DNA from: Vulcanisaeta sp. AZ3
Lineage (GTDB): Archaea > Thermoproteota > Thermoprotei > Thermoproteales > Thermocladiaceae
Assembly (NCBI GenBank): GCA_000960865.2
Contig: JZWU02000038.1
Location: 1 to 11,959 of the forward strand
Reading direction: 5' to 3'
DNA: 11,959 nt
A program made the position numbers and the translations under genes. How positions within the stretch are numbered: position 1 is the stretch's first letter; the number at the start of each line of letters is the position of its first letter. Positions 7,392 to 11,959 of this stretch are shown piece after piece. A model generated the notes under the pieces. That model ran no database searches and had not been told where the DNA came from. It saw only the letters and a program-made list of their open reading frames with translations.

Positions 7392-8780
7392 TCACCCCAT
7401 TGGTCCAAATGCATTACCGCCGTAGTATAGGTAGAGCTTGGCGTAGTATGCGGAGTCTCCGATGTATACTAGTGCTTTTGTGACGCTTACTGGTGTGTAT
7501 GTTGTTTTTTGGCCGAATATTATCTCTCTATTACTTATGTAGTACTCGGGTAGCATTCCGTACGGTATGATTAAGACTTGGCTTAATGGTACTTGGCCTG
7601 CTTGACCTTGTGAGTTCCTTGTTACGAAGGCTATGAGTAGCATTGGGGTTTGTGGTAATGCCCAGTAGCAATCAGCATATTTATTGCTTTTTTGGCTTGT
7701 GGTTAGGGATTGACATGGCACACTTGGGTATGACACGGCTCCTTTTCCTGGGTTTAATGTGAAGTTTAGGGTGGAGAATGTGTAGCCGTATATTGATTTA
7801 TAAACTGCCACAATCCTCAATCCCAGGGCTGTTGAGCCGGGGTTGTTTGTGGTTATGCAGTTTGCTAGTACGTGGGGATGCGCAAATATTATCCAGTTTA
7901 TTGTTGGGCTATTGGGAAGTATTATTGTTGCTAATAGGGGGGTTGTTGTATAGCTGAAGTATAATCCATGGTCCCCCAACCCGCCTAGTGATGCGTATGT
8001 GTCTATGTAGTAGGCGTTATTTGGTGATGCTGGTATGTTTATTGTGAATTGGTATTGGCCTGTTGCGTTTGTGTATCCTGTTATGTTTCCTGTGATTACT
8101 TGGACCTGGTTATTCGTGGAGGATGCTACTATGTATGTTATGTATAGTGTTGCGTTTGGTACTGGTTGTCCTGTGTCGAATCTTGTCACGTTGATTAGGA
8201 ATGTCGCGTATTGTGTTCCATTGATTGGTATTATTTGTACTCTAAATACGGGGTATATTTTTAGTACGAAGTTGTAGTTTGGTCCTAGACCGAGCAGTTG
8301 CTTAATCTCTGTGTAATTAGGTAGCCATGTGGCGTTTGTTGTTGCTGGCGTTAATACCCAGTTTAGTGAGTTATAGAGTGCTGTTATGCCGTATTGATTT
8401 AAGAATTGTTGAAATCCAGGAGAATTGGGGTAACATATGGCTGTAGATTGATGTTGAGAGTTTGCTGATTCCCAGTATGCTAGTGCCATTACTTTGAATG
8501 GGTCTAGGTGGTATGGTTGGCCTGGTTCGGCTAGTCCGAAGGCATTTAAGTTGCTGGCGTTTAATCCCCAGTTTGGTGGGTTTCCTGGGTTTGTGATTAT
8601 GTATTGGAGTATTGATTGGGCCATGGCGTTTAGTTGGAATGTGTTTACTTCAGAACCTGCTGTGTATTGGTAGTTTGGTGTGAGTTGTATGAATATTATT
8701 ATTGCTATTAGTATGACTGGTATTATTATGGCTAGTTCCACGGCGCTTGATTGACCTCTTGTTAATTTAGAATTAAGCAT
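7392..8780 (-). CDS. Type IV pilin-like protein with class III signal peptide (gene 1)
   Basis: MLNSKLTRG|QSSAVELAIIIPVILIAIIIFI, then PGNPPNW...FGLA...LDPFKV...YTEIKQLLGL..YNFVLKI, a pattern I recall from archaeal minor pilin-like proteins. About 9 NxS/T sequons and an Ig-like insert. Confidence 0.82.
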   Translation of the reverse strand: MLNSKLTRGQSSAVELAIIIPVILIAIIIFIQLTPNYQYTAGSEVNTFQLNAMAQSILQYIITNPGNPPNWGLNASNLNAFGLAEPGQPYHLDPFKVMALAYWESANSQHQSTAICYPNSPGFQQFLNQYGITALYNSLNWVLTPATTNATWLPNYTEIKQLLGLGPNYNFVLKIYPVFRVQIIPINGTQYATFLINVTRFDTGQPVPNATLYITYIVASSTNNQVQVITGNITGYTNATGQYQFTINIPASPNNAYYIDTYASLGGLGDHGLYFSYTTTPLLATIILPNSPTINWIIFAHPHVLANCITTNNPGSTALGLRIVAVYKSIYGYTFSTLNFTLNPGKGAVSYPSVPCQSLTTSQKSNKYADCYWALPQTPMLLIAFVTRNSQGQAGQVPLSQVLIIPYGMLPEYYISNREIIFGQKTTYTPVSVTKALVYIGDSAYYAKLYLYYGGNAFGPMG

Positions 8781-8791
8781 TATTAGTAAAA

Positions 8792-8814
8792 TTGAACGCA
8801 GTTGAACTTTTAAA
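8792..8814 (-). promoter_or_regulatory. Putative promoter of the pilin-like operon with phased direct repeat
   Basis: Minus strand TTTAAAA (8814-8808) lies about 30 nt before ATG 8780 and is followed directly by GTTCAA-CTGC-GTTCAA. Confidence 0.5.
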
Positions 8815-8880
8815 CCTAACTAGGGAACTTCATGGTTCTTACGGTGTTGCCTTTTCTTAATGGTGTTGAGTGAGGATAAG

Positions 8881-8888
8881 TTTATTAA
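8881..8888 (+). promoter_or_regulatory. Putative TATA box of rpl6
   Basis: TTTATTAA is preceded by purine-rich GGATAAG and starts 31 nt before ATG 8912. Confidence 0.6.
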
Positions 8889-8911
8889 AACTTCAGTGTT
8901 GCTTTCTCTCG

Positions 8912-9484
8912 ATGGCTAGGCAGCCCTATGTGTTTGAGGAGGTTGAGGTTCCTGAGAATGTGGAGGTTAGGGTTGAGGGTAGTAGGGTTGTGGTTAAGGG
9001 TCCCTTGGGTAGTTTGGAGAGGGATTTTGGTAATTTACCAATTATTATTAGGTCTTTGGGCAAGTCGATAATTATTGAGTCTTATTTTGCAGGTAGGCGT
9101 GAGAAGGCTGTTGTTGGTGTTGTGGCTGGGCAGATTAAGAATTTGATTATTGGTGTTACTAGGGGTTGGAGGTATAAGTTGAAGATTGTGTTTTCTCATT
9201 TCCCAATGAGTGTTAAGGTTCAGGGTAATCAATTAGTTATTGAGAATTTCATGGGTAGGAGGTCAAAGATAACCTTGGAAATACCCAAGGGTCTTAAGGT
9301 CAGCACTACCAAGGATGATATTATTGTTGAGGGTATTGATAGGGAGTTGGTTAGTCAATTTGCGGCTAGGGTTGAGGAGGCAACTACATTGAGGGGTGAT
9401 GAGAGGATTAGTCCGCATGGGCGTGAGGGCGGTCCTGGTGTTCTTGATGGTATTTATGTATACGCGGCAGAGTATATGAAGTGA
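8912..9484 (+). CDS. rpl6: 50S ribosomal protein L6P (uL6)
   Basis: VEVPENVEV...VVKGPLGSLERDF, NLIIGVTRGWRYKLKIVFSHFPM, IENFMG, IIVEGIDRELVSQFAA, DGIYV. The start is moved from GTG 8870 to ATG 8912 (190 aa) because of TATA spacing and typical L6 length. Confidence 0.96.
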   Translation: MARQPYVFEEVEVPENVEVRVEGSRVVVKGPLGSLERDFGNLPIIIRSLGKSIIIESYFAGRREKAVVGVVAGQIKNLIIGVTRGWRYKLKIVFSHFPMSVKVQGNQLVIENFMGRRSKITLEIPKGLKVSTTKDDIIVEGIDRELVSQFAARVEEATTLRGDERISPHGREGGPGVLDGIYVYAAEYMK

Positions 9485-10087
9485 TCATTCTAGGTAAATG
9501 CCCGACCTCTCTAACCTCCTCCCTATGGATTCAGCATCCTCTGGGTAGTAATTAATTGCATTTCTGAGGTAATCCTTATCAATGCTTAACCCACCCTTTG
9601 GGTCTGCGAGTATTTCTGCGATTCTAGATAGGAATTCGTCGCCTTCCTCGCTGGCTTCCCTGGCTTTCAATACGAGTAGGTCTTCGAGCCTTATGCTTTT
9701 GATTTCGAGTCCGTCGACCTTAATCTTCGCGGTATTCCTTAGCATTTGTTCTGGTATGTATATGTCGAGTAGGTTCTCCATGAGGTCTATCCTAATTATT
9801 TGGGCATTGACTAATATTTCGTAGTACATCATCCCATTCATGTCCATACCTGCATCCCAATCATTCTCTTTGGCTATTCCCTCAAATAATTCTTGTTCTA
9901 TTACGGTTGATTTATTTATTATGAATAGGTCTATGTCGTGAATATTCCAGTTAATGTTGTAGAGTAGGGGTAGTATTGCGCTGCCTATGAGGACGAAATC
10001 AATGCCATGTTTATTAAATTCGGAGCCAACCTTAATTAACGCCTTTTTTATTAATTCCACAGTCTCACTTAATTGATTCTTCCTCAT
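9485..10087 (-). CDS. Predicted nucleotidyltransferase (Pol-beta superfamily; DUF2204/AbiEii-like)
   Basis: FVLIGSAIL...IHDIDLFI (hG[GS]...DxD), a third acidic strand RIDLMEN, and C-terminal LEDLLVLKAR. Confidence 0.82.
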   Translation of the reverse strand: MRKNQLSETVELIKKALIKVGSEFNKHGIDFVLIGSAILPLLYNINWNIHDIDLFIINKSTVIEQELFEGIAKENDWDAGMDMNGMMYYEILVNAQIIRIDLMENLLDIYIPEQMLRNTAKIKVDGLEIKSIRLEDLLVLKAREASEEGDEFLSRIAEILADPKGGLSIDKDYLRNAINYYPEDAESIGRRLERSGIYLE

Positions 10088-10125
10088 GCGTAGTGTTTAA
10101 ATTTGCCGTTTAATTTAAGTATTTC
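10088..10125. promoter_or_regulatory. Overlapping divergent promoters
   Basis: 38-bp gap. TTTAAAT at 10096 is 30 nt before GTG 10126, and minus-strand TTAAATTA at 10118 is 31 nt before ATG 10087. Confidence 0.55.
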
Positions 10126-10557
10126 GTGGGTGCAGTTGGCGTATCATTTAGGGCTGTGGGGATAAGGTTTGATTACCTACATGCGGAGAGACTTCAATTA
10201 ATGCCGCAGCAGGTTCAGGTGGCGTTTAATGTTAATCTTGTGATAGGGCCTAATGCTGTTGCTAGGGGTGACATGGTTGAGGTACCCTTCTCTCTAGTGG
10301 CTAACTCAACACCGTCGGTAGTTAATATCTCGATTAGGGGTGCATTGATGCTGCAAGGTGATCCGAAGCAAGTTGATGAGATTGCGAAGTCTGTTAATTC
10401 AGGGAAGCCTCCTCAGTTTATTCAGTTGATGATTGGTCAGTACGTATTCTTTGAGGTGAACTTACTCCTTAAGGAGCTTGGTATACCGCCTGCAATGCCC
10501 GTGGTGTCACAGTCTCAGCAGCAACAGAAACAGGGTGAGGGCATTATGTATGCATAG
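10126..10557 (+). CDS. Hypothetical protein, probable SecB-like fold
   Basis: 143 aa with four predicted beta strands (IRFDYLHAER, VAFNVNL, VEVPFSLVA, VNISIRGALML), two helices and a C-terminal LLLKELGIPPAMP reminiscent of SecB GFPP.LP. The fold call is an inference. Confidence 0.6.
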   Translation: MGAVGVSFRAVGIRFDYLHAERLQLMPQQVQVAFNVNLVIGPNAVARGDMVEVPFSLVANSTPSVVNISIRGALMLQGDPKQVDEIAKSVNSGKPPQFIQLMIGQYVFFEVNLLLKELGIPPAMPVVSQSQQQQKQGEGIMYA

Positions 10558-10684
10558 CACTTACTTCCATCGTGCATTGCATCACCCTACTGAGCAAGTC
10601 ATAGATCATACTAATTCTCTTATAATTCTAAGTCCTTACTGCAATAAGTGAAAGCTCTGTCCTTGGGCAGGAGGAAGTAAAGTA

Positions 10685-11803
10685 TTAACTTGCTTTATTG
10701 CTTTCAATGCTCTGTGTTGCCTCGTACTTCTTAAGGGCCTTTATTGTGTATTGTAGGGGATTCTTTACCCCACAGCCTAGGTTTGTTGGGCATAGTCCTA
10801 GGCTATTCATTTCCTGGCATGATGGTGGCATGTAGAATTTACGTCCGCCCCTAAGCCCTGCGATATGTTCAACCTGGTACCTGGTTATTTTCTCGTTGAA
10901 ATCAGCTGCTGTGCTGAAGGTATTCACAACTTCCTCTACACAATCCTCTATTGGTTTTCCTTCAATGTCGTGACACCTCCTTAGCATGTAGGCGGCTATG
11001 GCGAATCTGGCTTGGTGGCTTGGGTTTCCTCCAGTCTTTGTTTCATTCATTATTGCCTCTATGCAGGGCGGTGTTAATCCCGTTATTTGCACCTTAAGCC
11101 CAGCCCTACTAACCATTTTACTCCTATATTCCTTAAGCTCCGCCATGCCTCCTAACGCGTCCACTAATTGTTTGGTCTCATCAGCATTCTCATAAGCCTT
11201 ACTAATTAATTCGAGGACCTTCGCCTCCACAACCTCCTCAATGAACCTAGTCAGGTCTTTGTAAGTAATTAGAACCCAACCCTTGAGTAGGTACCTATTT
11301 ACGAGTTTCCAGTATGGGTCGTTCCTCGGCATGTATTTTAAGTAATCCCAGACCTTGATGCCTACGTCGAAGGCTAGGGCGAGTTTCTCATTGTAAATAT
11401 CTAATTCTCTCAACCTCGCTGCATTTATCTCGAATTCTCTAGCCATGTAGATAATGCATTCAGGGTCTTCAAGTAGTAATTTGCTTGAGAATCTCTTGCT
11501 CTCTACATCGGCGAATCTTCTCCACAGGTTTTTGTCAAGGTGTGAGGCTAGGATTATGGCTATGTAGTGAGCCAATAACTCATCTTCATCTGGGTTCGGG
11601 TTGTCAGTTATTGAGCCTTTTGTTATGGCTTCATTGAGTAATTCGTAGGCTCTTTTGAGTAATTGTTTGCCTGTTGGTGTGTTTGTTAGGTCGTTTATGT
11701 ACATATCCCTCTTACTAATGATTTCCATGAATCTAGAATGTCCCTCTTTACTAAATGGGTACTTTACTATGAAGCTTACATAATCATTAAAGCACCTAAG
11801 CAA
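10685..11803 (-). CDS. priL: DNA primase large (regulatory, Fe-S) subunit PriL
   Basis: WKLVNRYLLKGWV, PPCIE, SHQARFAIAAYM, DFNEKITRYQVEHIAG and YMPPSC...GLCP...GC Fe-S cysteines. TTG start with a GGTGA SD (11814-11810) 6 nt upstream. Confidence 0.95.
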   Translation of the reverse strand: MLRCFNDYVSFIVKYPFSKEGHSRFMEIISKRDMYINDLTNTPTGKQLLKRAYELLNEAITKGSITDNPNPDEDELLAHYIAIILASHLDKNLWRRFADVESKRFSSKLLLEDPECIIYMAREFEINAARLRELDIYNEKLALAFDVGIKVWDYLKYMPRNDPYWKLVNRYLLKGWVLITYKDLTRFIEEVVEAKVLELISKAYENADETKQLVDALGGMAELKEYRSKMVSRAGLKVQITGLTPPCIEAIMNETKTGGNPSHQARFAIAAYMLRRCHDIEGKPIEDCVEEVVNTFSTAADFNEKITRYQVEHIAGLRGGRKFYMPPSCQEMNSLGLCPTNLGCGVKNPLQYTIKALKKYEATQSIESNKAS

Positions 11804-11809
11804 TTAACT

Positions 11810-11854
11810 TCACCAATAATTAACGCCTCCGCAGACTTAATAAGTTAATATAAA
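11810..11854 (-). promoter_or_regulatory. Putative priL promoter and RBS
   Basis: Minus strand TTTATATT (11854-11847) and CTTATTAAG (11844-11836) are TATA candidates, followed by a GGTGA SD. Confidence 0.5.
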
Positions 11855-11891
11855 TGGGAGTTATGTATTATTAACTTAGGCATTGTTCTTC

Positions 11892-11959
11892 TCACATACT
11901 GTGAAGCTTATCCATTATGAGTGCCTTGCCTAGGTCGTGAATACTACTTATCTTTATGA
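11892..11959 (-). CDS. Possible 3' end of an upstream gene (unknown product)
   Basis: Open frame from the window edge reading IKISSIHDLGKALIMDKLHSM-stop. Too short to identify. Confidence 0.35.
   Translation of the reverse strand, partial: IKISSIHDLGKALIMDKLHSM

Noticed and set aside
2842-8277. Plus-strand ORFs 2842-3123, 5898-6158, 6180-6383, 6772-6957 and 8035-8277
   Set aside because: Antisense to the pilin-like genes; the Cys/Leu/Val-rich translations come from G+T-rich sequence.
928-8780. Identification as the Ced/Ted DNA-import system, archaellum or TasA-like bundling pili
   Set aside because: No polytopic CedA/TedA-like protein, small VirB2-like pilin or fla/arl genes. The class III leaders point to type IV pilin-like proteins.
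8815-8870. Sulfolobales-type DNA-damage element (ANTTTC) upstream of the operon TATA box
   Set aside because: No match on the operon strand upstream of the putative promoter.
10558-10684. tRNA, C/D-box sRNA or type T RNase P RNA
   Set aside because: AT-rich, with no cloverleaf, no properly arranged RUGAUGA/CUGA boxes and no convincing RNase P conserved regions.
9035-11195. ORFs 9035-9232, 9582-9824 and 10998-11195
   Set aside because: Antisense to rpl6, the NTase and priL.
1-11959. CRISPR array, transposase or integrase
   Set aside because: No regularly spaced repeats or mobile-element ORFs were seen.

Overview
Archaeal chromosomal DNA, most likely Thermoproteales (Vulcanisaeta/Caldivirga-like). 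This assignment is an inference from codon style, TATA boxes about 30 nt before start codons, GGTGA ribosome-binding sites and an isolated rpl6. In order: 3'-truncated APC amino-acid permease (-); a HerA/FtsK-family ATPase with no nurA next to it (+); a 6.4-kb, translationally coupled five-gene operon (-, 2376-8780) of type IV pilin-like surface proteins, four with [KR]G|Q class III signal peptides and no pilus ATPase or platform gene; rpl6 (+); a nucleotidyltransferase (-) divergent from a SecB-like protein (+); primase large subunit priL (-); and a possible gene end. The most notable feature is the pilin-like operon. Its members carry putative Ig-like, LamG/ConA-like and DUF2341-like inserts, the third gene is split by one extra base in an A6 run, and the last gene has no prepilin leader.
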